This document shows, piece by piece, positions 18,232 through 27,533 of a stretch of 64,000 nucleotides of DNA (the first letter of the stretch is position 1; every line of letters starts with the position of its first letter). The notes beneath the pieces are model-generated. The model saw nothing but the letters and a program-made list of their open reading frames with translations, had not been told where the DNA came from and did not search any database. Source of the DNA: a candidate division FCPU426 bacterium (GTDB taxonomy: Bacteria > Oederibacteriota > Muellerivitia > Muellerivitales > Muellerivitaceae); assembly GCA_963771075.1 (NCBI GenBank), contig CAVYSE010000020.1, positions 79,651 to 143,650 of the forward strand, read 5' to 3'. The position numbers and the translations under genes are program-made.

Positions 18232-20426
18232 TATAAAAACAATCCGCGAAATGGCCAATGGATCCGACCAAGGGGATGCTTCCACCCATAACAACCTGGG
18301 CGTTTTTTATTATTCCAAAGGAATGTCTGCAGAAGCTCTCAAGGAGTTTCGGACCGCGCTGGAGGTGGATCCAGAGAATACCCAGGCCCTTGAGAATTTG
18401 AAGTCCGTCAACCGGCAGACGGGCCTTTATGACCGCACCCTGGAAGCCTATAAAAAATCGGTCCAGCTATTTCCCTCCGATTCAGAAGCGGTCTATAACT
18501 TGGCAAACGCATACCGCTATACCGGCCAATTTGAGAATGCCGCGGAGTGTTACCGCAAGACCTTGGAACTGAATCCCGATCATCCTTTTGCCCGTAATTA
18601 CCTGGGTATTTGTTTCAAGTGCTTGGGGCTCCTGGATGACGCGGTCAGGGAGTTCCAGCAGGCCATCGAATCCAATCCTTATTTCGCCGACCTCCACAAC
18701 CACCTGGGGGAAGTTTATTACAAGAAGGCCATGATCAATGAGGCCCTGATCGAGTTTAAAAAGGCCATCTCGCTGAGCCCGGATTACCCCAGCGCCCATT
18801 ACAACCTCAGTTTCGTGTACGGGGACAAAAATATGCTGGAGGAGGCGGAACGGGAATTCAAACGGGCAGTGGACCTCAACCCTAATTTTGGACAAGGCGC
18901 GCAGGCCCTTCTTTCCATTGAACGCTCCAAAACGATGGAAGAAAGGGTCGCGGAGCAAGTCGCCGCCCAACCGCCCGCCTCGTCGGCGGAAACCTTTATG
19001 AGCTTGGCCGCAGCCTACAAGGGGAAGGGGCTCTTGGACGAGGCCGTCCGGGAATACAAACGCGCCATTGAATTGAATCCCACCGAGGAAAGGCTTTACC
19101 GGGCACTGGGGGAAATTCTGCTGCAAAAAGGCTTGGTGGTGGACGCTCTTCAAGCCTTTCAAAAGGCGGTCGCGCTCGCCCCGAACAACGTCGAGAATCA
19201 TATCCAGAGTGGAGTGGCCCTCCGGGAACTCAACCGGAATGAGGCCGCTGCGGAGGAATTCCAAAAGGCGATCGATCTTATGCCGGGGTCGAGCATGGCC
19301 CATTTTGAGATGGGAGTGACCTATTTTAAGATGGGTGAGAGCGAGAAGGCCACCCGGGAGGTCCGGGGCGCGCTGGAATTGGACCCGCGGAACGCGGAAG
19401 CCCACTACTATCTCGGGGTTTATTATTACAAAGTAAACCTCTTTGAGGAAGCGATCCGCGAAATCACCCTGGCCATGGAGCAAAATGTTTCCATCGCATC
19501 CAGCGCGGAGGCCTTGACCTACCTGGGTCTGGCCTTGGCGGATAAGGGCCGCTTTGAGGAAGCAATCGCGGAATATAAAAAGGCCCTGGAGTTCGACCCG
19601 AAAAATTCAATCATTCATAATTCTCTAGGCGTGGCCTACAAGAACGCCAATCAGATGCCCGAGGCCATCCGCAGTTACCTCCGCGCCATCGAGTTGAACC
19701 CCCGGTACGCCAAGGCCTTTAACAACCTCGGTGTGGTGTATTTCAAGCAAAGCCAGTACGAGAAGGCGATTGAGTGCTTCCGAAAAGCCGTTGAAATTGA
19801 ACCGGACTATAAAACCGCTCAAAATAACCTAGCGGTGGCCCTCAAAAAAAAGAATGTCCTGGTTGAGGCCTCCGAGGCGCTCATCAAGCAAATCATGGCC
19901 GACCCGGAGAACGCTTCCCTCCACCAGAACCTAGGTCTTCTATATAAGAACACAGGCCAATATCCAGAGGCGATGCGCGAATTCACCGAAGCCATCCGGA
20001 TTTCCCCTAAAAGCCGGGACGCCCTGACCCAACTAGGCGAGACTCACTTGCTCCTGGGCCAAATGGACGAGGCAGTGAAGGTCTTGGCGAAAGCCGTTTC
20101 CTGCGATCCCGCCCACCCGGAAGCGCATTTGCAACTCGGGAAAGTCTATATCCGCCGGGGTTGGTGGGATGAGGCCCAGGTGGAGATGAAGAAAGCCCAG
20201 AACGTTAAAACCCGATCTGACCGAGATCCATTTTCACTTGGGCCAGATCTACCGTTCCAAAAGCTGGTGGGATGAGGCGCTCAGGGAATTTCGGCTTTAC
20301 TTGGATACGCCCACGCCTGAGGAGGATAAAGGCTCTCAGGCGATCGAGTGGATCCGTCAAATCCAGGTATGGAAATCCGAGCTCCAGGTTTCGCCGTCTG
20401 CCGGCCAATCCAAGTTGATCAAGTAA
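18215..20426 (+). CDS. Large TPR protein (about 19 repeats), frameshifted near 20200-20212
   Basis: ORF 18215-20275 plus the +1 frame KPDLTEIHFHLGQIYRSKSWWDEALREF, which completes the last TPR and stops at 20426. Confidence 0.85.
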
Positions 20427-20436
20427 TAGGAAACCT

Positions 20437-20775
20437 ATGAAACTACTCTTGTGCATGTTTTCGTCCAAAAAGCTTGAGCCGGTTAAAAAGGCCCTTTGGG
20501 AAGCCGGAATCCGGGGCGTGACCCTATCAGACGCCTCCGGCTACGGCTACCAACGGGTCCAAGTGGAGTCGGTGCAGGGAACGGATTATAAGGTACAATA
20601 CCAAGACCGTTTGAGGTTGGAGATCGTTCTTCCTGATGATGAGTTGGAGAGGGTGGTGGAGCTCCTTTTGGATGTCATTCGAACGGGCCGCATAGGGGAT
20701 GGGAAAATATTCGTCCTTCCCGTGGAAGACGTGATACGTGTACGTACCGGTGAGAGGGGCGAGAACGCCCTATAA
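20437..20775 (+). CDS. P-II family signal transduction protein, divergent
   Basis: 112 aa, colinear with GlnB; GxG35-37, Q39, Y51, TGRIGDGKIFV, IRVRTGERG. Confidence 0.93.
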   Translation: MKLLLCMFSSKKLEPVKKALWEAGIRGVTLSDASGYGYQRVQVESVQGTDYKVQYQDRLRLEIVLPDDELERVVELLLDVIRTGRIGDGKIFVLPVEDVIRVRTGERGENAL

Positions 20776-20905
20776 AGACGAGCCTTTTTCCTTTCCTTTC
20801 AAGAAAGGAGGAGGGCCTTTTCGAGACCCATTCGTGGCTGGCGGGGGTTGATCCGGCATTCGGGTTTCGCGTGATGGTGAAATAGTCCTGCTTAGGGAGG
20901 AATTC

Positions 20906-21268
20906 GTGGCTCAAAAAATATTATTGGTGGATGACGCATCCTTCATGCGCATGATGCTTAAAAATATCCTCGTTGGTGCGGGGTATGAGGTGGCTGGGGA
21001 GGCGGAAAACGGGGCCAAGGCCATCGAACAATTCAAGGCCCTAAAGCCGGATTTGGCCATCATGGATATCATCATGCCCGAGATGGGCGGGATTGACGCG
21101 GTACGAGAAATCGTAAAGATGCAGCCCAGTGCGAAAATTCTAATGTGTAGTTCGATGGGGCAACAATCACTAGTAGTTGAAGCAATACAGGCCGGGGCAA
21201 AAGATTTCATCGTCAAGCCTTTCCAACCCTCCAACGTGCTGGAAGCGGTCAAGAAAGTCCTCGGCTAA
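20906..21268 (+). CDS. cheY: CheY-like response regulator 1
   Basis: VDDASFMR, MDIIMP, SMGQQ, FIVKPF (Bacillus/Thermotoga type). Confidence 0.93.
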   Translation: MAQKILLVDDASFMRMMLKNILVGAGYEVAGEAENGAKAIEQFKALKPDLAIMDIIMPEMGGIDAVREIVKMQPSAKILMCSSMGQQSLVVEAIQAGAKDFIVKPFQPSNVLEAVKKVLG

Positions 21269-21307
21269 GCCGAAATCGGGGACGAATCCAGAAAGGTGCG
21301 TCGCGCA

Positions 21308-21946
21308 ATGTCGTTCGATTCCCAATCCTTCACTGATTTTCAATTGGATGCGCTCCGGGAGGTGGGCAACGTTGGGGCCGGGCACGCCGCTACAGCCCTT
21401 TCCCAAATGGTGGGGCGGCCCATTGGCATGTCCATCACCCAGGTGCTCATACTGCCCACCGACCAAATCGCTGGCTTCTTGGGCGGGGAAAAAGCGGATG
21501 TGGCGGCCGTTTATATGCCGGTTTATGGCGATCTTTGTGGCGTTGTGTTGATTTTTTTTCCCTTGGACCTCCTGCCCGATCTGGCGGGACTGCTGTTGAA
21601 AAGGGATGTCCTGGCTTCCCAGGAATTGTCCGAGATGGATCGCTCGGCTATCAAGGAATTGGGTAGTATCCTAACGGGATCTTATTTAAGCGCCCTTTAC
21701 CGCTTTATCCATGTCCAAATGATTCACGGTGTTCCTACCCTCGTCGTGGACATGGCCCAGGCCATTTTGGACACGGTTTTGGTGGACCTGGAGCAGGACA
21801 ATGATTTGGCCATCGTGATTGAAACCCGCTTGACCGAAAACGACAGGCAGCTGACGGGGAGGTTTTTTCTCCTGCCTGAGGTAGGAACCCTTCCCAAATT
21901 GTTCAACGCTTTCAATCAATCCATCGAAACGCCCGGCAATGCCTGA
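21308..21946 (+). CDS. cheC: CheC-family phosphatase 1, partly degenerate
   Basis: DALREVGNVGAGHAATALSQM; SAIKELGSIL; DMAQAIL. Confidence 0.9.
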   Translation: MSFDSQSFTDFQLDALREVGNVGAGHAATALSQMVGRPIGMSITQVLILPTDQIAGFLGGEKADVAAVYMPVYGDLCGVVLIFFPLDLLPDLAGLLLKRDVLASQELSEMDRSAIKELGSILTGSYLSALYRFIHVQMIHGVPTLVVDMAQAILDTVLVDLEQDNDLAIVIETRLTENDRQLTGRFFLLPEVGTLPKLFNAFNQSIETPGNA

Positions 21947-22424
21947 GACGGAATGGCCCGTCGGCATCGCTGAAATGAAAATCGCCAAGGGCCCCGACCG
22001 CTTTTCCGCCATCGGGCTGGGATCCTGCGTGGGGGTGGCCCTTTGGGACGGCGAAACGGGCTGGGGAGCTTTGGCCCACGTCATGATGCCGGCGCGAAAC
22101 GCCACCGCCCAGTTGCCTGTTCCGGGAAAATACGCGGATACTGCCGTGGAATGGGTCCTTTCCGAGCTGGTCCAAAAAGGGGTCGACCAGGGAAGGTTGA
22201 GGGCCAAGTTGGTGGGGGGGGCGAACATGTTCAATTCCATCCAATTCAACCCCTTGCCAATCGGTCTGCGGAACGTCATGGCCTGTCGGCGGGAATTGGC
22301 GAAAAGGGGCGTGCCCGTCGTAGCGGAAGATGTGGGAGGTGTCCGTGGGAGATCGGTCGTTTTTTTCCCCAAAGATGGAAGGCTTTCGATTCGCTGCCTT
22401 AATCAGCCGGAACGGTGGATTTGA
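21939..22424 (+). CDS. cheD: Chemoreceptor glutamine deamidase
   Basis: GLGSCV, AHVMMP, KYAD, KLVGGANMF, IGLRN, EDVGG. Confidence 0.95.
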   Translation: MPETEWPVGIAEMKIAKGPDRFSAIGLGSCVGVALWDGETGWGALAHVMMPARNATAQLPVPGKYADTAVEWVLSELVQKGVDQGRLRAKLVGGANMFNSIQFNPLPIGLRNVMACRRELAKRGVPVVAEDVGGVRGRSVVFFPKDGRLSIRCLNQPERWI

Positions 22425-22996
22425 TGAACCCGATGGATAAGTCCCAGGAAGATCCGGTTTGGAACTCGCCAGTCTCGTCAGATCGGGGGACGTCTGCGCT
22501 CGAGGATCTAGCCGGGTCCAGAGACCCACAAGCCCAATTGATCCTATTTACCCTTGCGGGATGCGCCTTTGGGATTCCAATCCGCCAAGTAAGGGAGATC
22601 TTAAGGGTTGGAAACATCACGCGTATGCCCAAAGCGCCTTTTTTCCTGGAGGGAGTCATTCATTTGCGGGGCCGGATTACCCCGGTCATCGATTCCCAAA
22701 AAAGGCTCGGACTGCCAAGAACGGACCGTAACACGGATAGCCGTATCCTGGTGGTTGAATGGAAAGACCTCGTGATGGGACTAATCGTGGATAGGGTCCT
22801 GGAAACCTTGAGGGTCTATCGATCGGAGTTGAAACCGATCCCGGCAGGGATCGGGCTGGGGGTCGACCCGTCCCTTTTCTCGGGCCTTTGGGAGGGACCC
22901 GGGAGGGAGGTGTTGTTGTTGAACCTGGAAAACATGATTCGGCTGGAAGAACTTAAAAAGGAGCCCGACACACGGTCCGGCCCCCAGGAGGAATAA
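22424..22996 (+). CDS. cheW: CheW coupling protein
   Basis: FGIPIRQVREI, GVIHLRGRITPVID, GLIVDRV. Confidence 0.93.
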   Translation: MNPMDKSQEDPVWNSPVSSDRGTSALEDLAGSRDPQAQLILFTLAGCAFGIPIRQVREILRVGNITRMPKAPFFLEGVIHLRGRITPVIDSQKRLGLPRTDRNTDSRILVVEWKDLVMGLIVDRVLETLRVYRSELKPIPAGIGLGVDPSLFSGLWEGPGREVLLLNLENMIRLEELKKEPDTRSGPQEE

Positions 22997-22999
22997 GCC

Positions 23000-23362
23000 G
23001 TGCCTATCAAGGTCTTATTTGTAGATGATTCTGCTTTTATGCGTGGAATCTTAAAGGGAATAATCCTGAAAGATCCCTATGTCCTGGCAGGAGAGGCGGA
23101 AAACGGAAGGGAAGGAATTGAGAAATTCCAGGAATTAAAGCCCGACTTGGTGACCATGGACATCGTGATGCCTGAGATGGACGGCATTGATGCGGTTAAA
23201 GGTATCCGGGAAAGAAACCCCGATGCGCGTATCATCATGGTTTCCGCCATGGGTCAGCAATCCATGGTGATTGAGGCCATCCAAGCGGGCGCAAGGGATT
23301 TCATCATCAAGCCTTTCCAGCCTCCGCGTGTCCATGAAGCCCTTAAAAGGGTGATGGGATAA
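23000..23362 (+). CDS. cheY: CheY-like response regulator 2
   Basis: VDDSAFMR, MDIVMP, SAMGQQ, FIIKPF. Confidence 0.93.
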   Translation: MPIKVLFVDDSAFMRGILKGIILKDPYVLAGEAENGREGIEKFQELKPDLVTMDIVMPEMDGIDAVKGIRERNPDARIIMVSAMGQQSMVIEAIQAGARDFIIKPFQPPRVHEALKRVMG

Positions 23363-24462
23363 TGGCGGAAAACGCGGTCAACGGCGGCCCCGACATGATA
23401 CGGGTTCTTGTCGTGGATGATTCTTTTTTCATGAGGAAACTGATCGTGGAAGCCCTGGAGGCTCCGGGCAGCGGAATAAAGGTTGTGGAAACGGCTTCCG
23501 ATGGGTTGGACGCATTGCGGAAGGCCAAAACGTGCAAGCCTGACGTAGTGACCCTGGATGTGGAAATGCCCCGCTTGGACGGGCTTGAGACGCTGGCCCG
23601 GCTTATGACGGAAAGTCCAATACCTGTCGTCATGCTTTCCAGCCATACCGGAAAGGGCACGGATGCGACTCTGAAAGCCCTCGAACTGGGCGCAGTCGAA
23701 TGTGTCCTTAAACCCGCTGGGATCATTCCGGGATCGATGAGGGGGGTGGAGAAGGAATTGATCGAAAAGATCCGGCTGGCTTCGCTTTGCAAGCCCCGCC
23801 CCGGCCGCATCGCTTTGGGGTCCTCTTTGGCCCCTGCCCCACAGGCTCCCCCGACGTCCCGGCAGGATCGGACAAGCCATTCTGCCCAATTCCTGGTCTG
23901 CGTGGCCGCTTCAACCGGTGGGCCAAGAGCCCTCAATGAATTTTTTTCCGTCATCAAGCATCATCCCAAAACCGCTTTCCTGGTGGTCCAACATATTTCA
24001 GTGGGGTTTACCCAGGCTTTGGCGCGTCGTTTGGGAGAGGCGGGCTCCTTGGACGTCACGGAAGCGGCCAAGGGTGAGCGAATCCTGGGGGGGAGGGGTT
24101 ATGTCGCCCCGGCGGGCAAGCACTTGGTGGTGGAGGGAAAATCGGCAGAATTCACTTTTCAGTTCAGCGACTTGCCGCCCCGCCTGGGGGTGAAACCCTC
24201 TGCCGATGTCCTTATGACTTCCGTAGCCAAGGCGGCCGGGGCCAAATGTCTTGGGGTGGTCCTGACCGGCATGGGACGGGATGGTACGCTGGGCTTAAAG
24301 GATATCCGCTCCGCCGGTGGAAAAACCTTCGCTCAAAACGCTGAATCCTGTGTTGTTTACGGGATGCCGAAGTCAGCCGTCGAAGCAGGGGTTGTTTCCC
24401 GCCAATTGGACTTGGAAACCATGGCTGACGAAATCAATTCCATCCTAATCGCCCAAGTTTGA
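23362..24462 (+). CDS. cheB: Chemotaxis methylesterase (REC + CheB domains)
   Basis: LDVEMP, ASTGGP, VQH, KPSAD, LTGMGRDG, VVYGMP. Confidence 0.96.
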   Translation: MAENAVNGGPDMIRVLVVDDSFFMRKLIVEALEAPGSGIKVVETASDGLDALRKAKTCKPDVVTLDVEMPRLDGLETLARLMTESPIPVVMLSSHTGKGTDATLKALELGAVECVLKPAGIIPGSMRGVEKELIEKIRLASLCKPRPGRIALGSSLAPAPQAPPTSRQDRTSHSAQFLVCVAASTGGPRALNEFFSVIKHHPKTAFLVVQHISVGFTQALARRLGEAGSLDVTEAAKGERILGGRGYVAPAGKHLVVEGKSAEFTFQFSDLPPRLGVKPSADVLMTSVAKAAGAKCLGVVLTGMGRDGTLGLKDIRSAGGKTFAQNAESCVVYGMPKSAVEAGVVSRQLDLETMADEINSILIAQV

Positions 24463-24664
24463 CCGCCGGGTTCCAGTTTTTTCCTTTAAAATAAGAACCT
24501 AAAAGTAAAACCCTGTTCATCCCAAAGACACCAGGATAGGGCATTACAAAATGAGCGATTTTCGAAGTGGTATGTTCTCAAGTCTTTCAATTTATTTTAA
24601 GCCTGGGTGACTTGGCGCCGGGATATAAGTTTTGTACTCGACTTTTAGATAGGGACGTGGAGAT

Positions 24665-26767
24665 TTGAACACCCAGGATTACAAAGAACTTTTTCTTGTC
24701 GAAGCGAGAGATTATCTCTCTACCTTGAATAATGCCCTCGTGGTCCTGGAAAAGGATCCCGGGCACGCCGAGGCGGTCAAGGAGATTTTCCGGGCTGCCC
24801 ACACCCTGAAGGGCATGTCCGCCACCATGGGTTACGCTCCCATGACCACCCTAACGCATCGGATGGAAACAGTCATGGAGCCGGTGCGGTCCGGAACTTC
24901 CAGCCTTTCTACGGAACAGGTGGACGTCCTTTTCGCTTGCCTGGACCGCCTGGAATTATGGGTAAAAGATTTGGAGTCGGGAAATGAGATTTCCGAAGAA
25001 TCCACGGGCGACCTCCTGGAAAGGCTCGAATCCCCCGCCGATTCCTCCAGTGGGACCGAGGCGTCGGCCGCCATGATGCCGGGGGTGATGACGGCCCAGC
25101 CTGATTCAAGCGGTTTTGCATTCGATGAGAATGAAAGGGAAATCCTGGCCCAGGCCAGGGTGAATGGGTTCTCGCTTTTTCGACTCCTCGTCCGGTTTGA
25201 GCCGGGGTGCGTATTCAAGGAAGTGCGTGCTTTTATGGTCCTCAAGAACCTTATCCCGCTGGGTGAGGTGGTTAAATCAATTCCTCCTGGACCGGCGGTC
25301 GAGAAAGGCGAGTTCGACCGCTCCTTCGAATTGGTCTTGGTGACCGAGAATTCCCCCCAAAAGCTGAGGGATGCGGTGCTTTCAGTAGTAGAAGTGGAGG
25401 CCGCGGAGGTGTCGCCCTTGGAGCCTTCCGAATTGGAATCCGGAACTATGGGGCGCCACTCCGAGATAGGGGACGCTAGAATTTCAAATATTCCTACAGT
25501 TCCAAAACCATCCGAGTCACCGGGCTTGACCGAGGAAAAAGCCTTCACCCTTCCTACCATCCGAGTTCATACCAGTAAGTTGGATAAATTAATGTCCTTG
25601 GTGCAAGAACTGGTAATATCCAAGGTCCGCTTCGAGATGGTTGCTTCCAACGGGGAAGTGAGGGAATTGCGGGAACCTTTGGCTCAACTTCACCACATTA
25701 CGGATGAGCTTCAGGATGAGATCATGAAAGTGCGATTAATACCAGTGAAACAGGTCTTTGACCGATTTCCACGCATGATCCGAGATTTAGCCAAGAGCCT
25801 GGGAAAACAGGTGAATTTGGAGATGGATGGGGCGGAGGTGGAATTAGATCGTACAGTGATTGACGAAATTGGCGAGCCGCTGGTTCACCTGCTTCGCAAT
25901 GCCGTGGATCATGGCGTCGAGACACCCGGTCTACGGGCCCAGGAAGGAAAAGATCCATTTGGGACCATCCGGCTACAAGCCAAACGCGAAAGGTCGTCGG
26001 TTGTTTTATCCGTCACCGATGACGGCAAGGGTATTGACCCGGATCGGGTACGACAACGTTCGGTGAGTAAAGGGTTGATGACTGCCGAAGAAGCCGGGAA
26101 ACTTACTGATGAAGAAGCGGTAAGGCTTATCGGGCAGCCAGGCTTTTCACTTGCCGAAAGGGCAACTGAGATATCGGGTAGGGGAGTGGGAGTAGACGCG
26201 GCCAAAACGAAGGTGGAGTCAATGGGTGGGAGCTTCCGCATCCAAAGCCGGAAGGGGTCGGGCACCACGATTTTCCTGCGGTTCCCCCTCACGTTGGCCA
26301 TCATTAAGGCGCTTCTGGTGAGGTCGGGCGGGGAAACTTTCGCGATTCCGGTATCGGGAGTGCTCGAAACGCTTGAGATCAACCCGAACGAAAAACGCCT
26401 CCTCCAGCTACAAGAGACTCTTTTGCTGCGCGATGAGGTTCTACCCCTTTACCGGCTGGGGGATTTGCTTGAATTAGGTGCTCCTCCTCTTACTTTGGAG
26501 CTGGAACCAGTGGTCGTGGTGGAAGTTGGAGAGTCGCGGGTGGGATTATTGGTGGATTCCATCGTTGGCCAGAATGAGATCGCAATCAAACCACTGGATC
26601 GGTTCTTAAAAAAAATCAGGGGTTTCGCGGGAGCTACCGTATTGGGGGACGGAAACATCGCCCTCGTTCTGGATGTGAACAGTCTTATCGAGGATTTACG
26701 CGAACGCCGTTATCGCGCTGATCATTCTCTTCCTGGGAAGGAAAACGCCCATGCTCTTGAACCTTGA
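24665..26767 (+). CDS. cheA: Chemotaxis histidine kinase
   Basis: FRAAHTLKG (P1), P2 VRAFMV, HLLRNAVDHG, DDGKGID, SGRGVG, PLTLAII, P5 domain. Confidence 0.97.
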   Translation: MNTQDYKELFLVEARDYLSTLNNALVVLEKDPGHAEAVKEIFRAAHTLKGMSATMGYAPMTTLTHRMETVMEPVRSGTSSLSTEQVDVLFACLDRLELWVKDLESGNEISEESTGDLLERLESPADSSSGTEASAAMMPGVMTAQPDSSGFAFDENEREILAQARVNGFSLFRLLVRFEPGCVFKEVRAFMVLKNLIPLGEVVKSIPPGPAVEKGEFDRSFELVLVTENSPQKLRDAVLSVVEVEAAEVSPLEPSELESGTMGRHSEIGDARISNIPTVPKPSESPGLTEEKAFTLPTIRVHTSKLDKLMSLVQELVISKVRFEMVASNGEVRELREPLAQLHHITDELQDEIMKVRLIPVKQVFDRFPRMIRDLAKSLGKQVNLEMDGAEVELDRTVIDEIGEPLVHLLRNAVDHGVETPGLRAQEGKDPFGTIRLQAKRERSSVVLSVTDDGKGIDPDRVRQRSVSKGLMTAEEAGKLTDEEAVRLIGQPGFSLAERATEISGRGVGVDAAKTKVESMGGSFRIQSRKGSGTTIFLRFPLTLAIIKALLVRSGGETFAIPVSGVLETLEINPNEKRLLQLQETLLLRDEVLPLYRLGDLLELGAPPLTLELEPVVVVEVGESRVGLLVDSIVGQNEIAIKPLDRFLKKIRGFAGATVLGDGNIALVLDVNSLIEDLRERRYRADHSLPGKENAHALEP

Positions 26768-27365
26768 CGATTTGACCCCAGCCCAACTGGACGCCCTGAA
26801 GGAGGTGGGTAATATCGGGGCGGGCCACGGGGCCACCGCCCTCTCGCAGATGCTTGGTAAGAAGATCCGGATCACCGTCCCGCGGGCTTCCATTTTGGCA
26901 TTGGGGGATGTGCCCCATCTGGTGGGTGATCCCCAGACCCTCGTGGCGGGTCTTTGTTTGACCATCCTAGGGGACGCGACAGGAAAAATTTTCCTCCTTT
27001 TTCCCCGGGATTCCGCATTGCACCTGGCGGATCTGCTACTTAAAAAGGAAGTGGGTACCAGCCAAATCCTTGACGAAATGGGGCATTCGGCGATCAAGGA
27101 AGCGGGAAATATCCTTGCAGGTGCCTATTTGAGTGCTTTAAATGAGTTTTTGGGCATGCTTCTTTTAATGTCCGTTCCAACCCTGGTGTTTGACATGGCG
27201 GGGGCCCTTTTGACTACTCTCTCTCACGGAATTGAGAAATCGACAAAGGTCATCGTGATCGAAACCGAATTCTTGGATGACAACAAGGTGGTGGGCGGAT
27301 ATTTCATCCTAGTCCCGGATCCGGTCTCCCTCCAGGCGATCTTCCAAGCCATCCGGGTCCGCTAA
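26751..27365 (+). CDS. cheC: CheC-family phosphatase 2
   Basis: DALKEVGN...VP and SAIKEAGN...VP, both sites intact. Confidence 0.92.
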   Translation: MLLNLDDLTPAQLDALKEVGNIGAGHGATALSQMLGKKIRITVPRASILALGDVPHLVGDPQTLVAGLCLTILGDATGKIFLLFPRDSALHLADLLLKKEVGTSQILDEMGHSAIKEAGNILAGAYLSALNEFLGMLLLMSVPTLVFDMAGALLTTLSHGIEKSTKVIVIETEFLDDNKVVGGYFILVPDPVSLQAIFQAIRVR

Positions 27366-27533
27366 AATATCATTTGGGTGGGCTAACTGAAGAGCTCCGC
27401 GATCTTATCAATAAATTATTCCAGAATTTGGCAATTCTTCCATTCAATCTCCTCCAAAGATCGTGATAAGATAGCGCGCATTAAACATTGTTTCCTATTT
27501 AGCCCATTCCAAATCCCTGGAAGGATTTAACGG

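Noticed and set aside
18482..19483. 333-aa antisense ORF, and similar shadow ORFs such as 45352-46218, 53154-53951 and 6820-7533
   Set aside because: They lie opposite well-supported genes and show no recognisable motifs.
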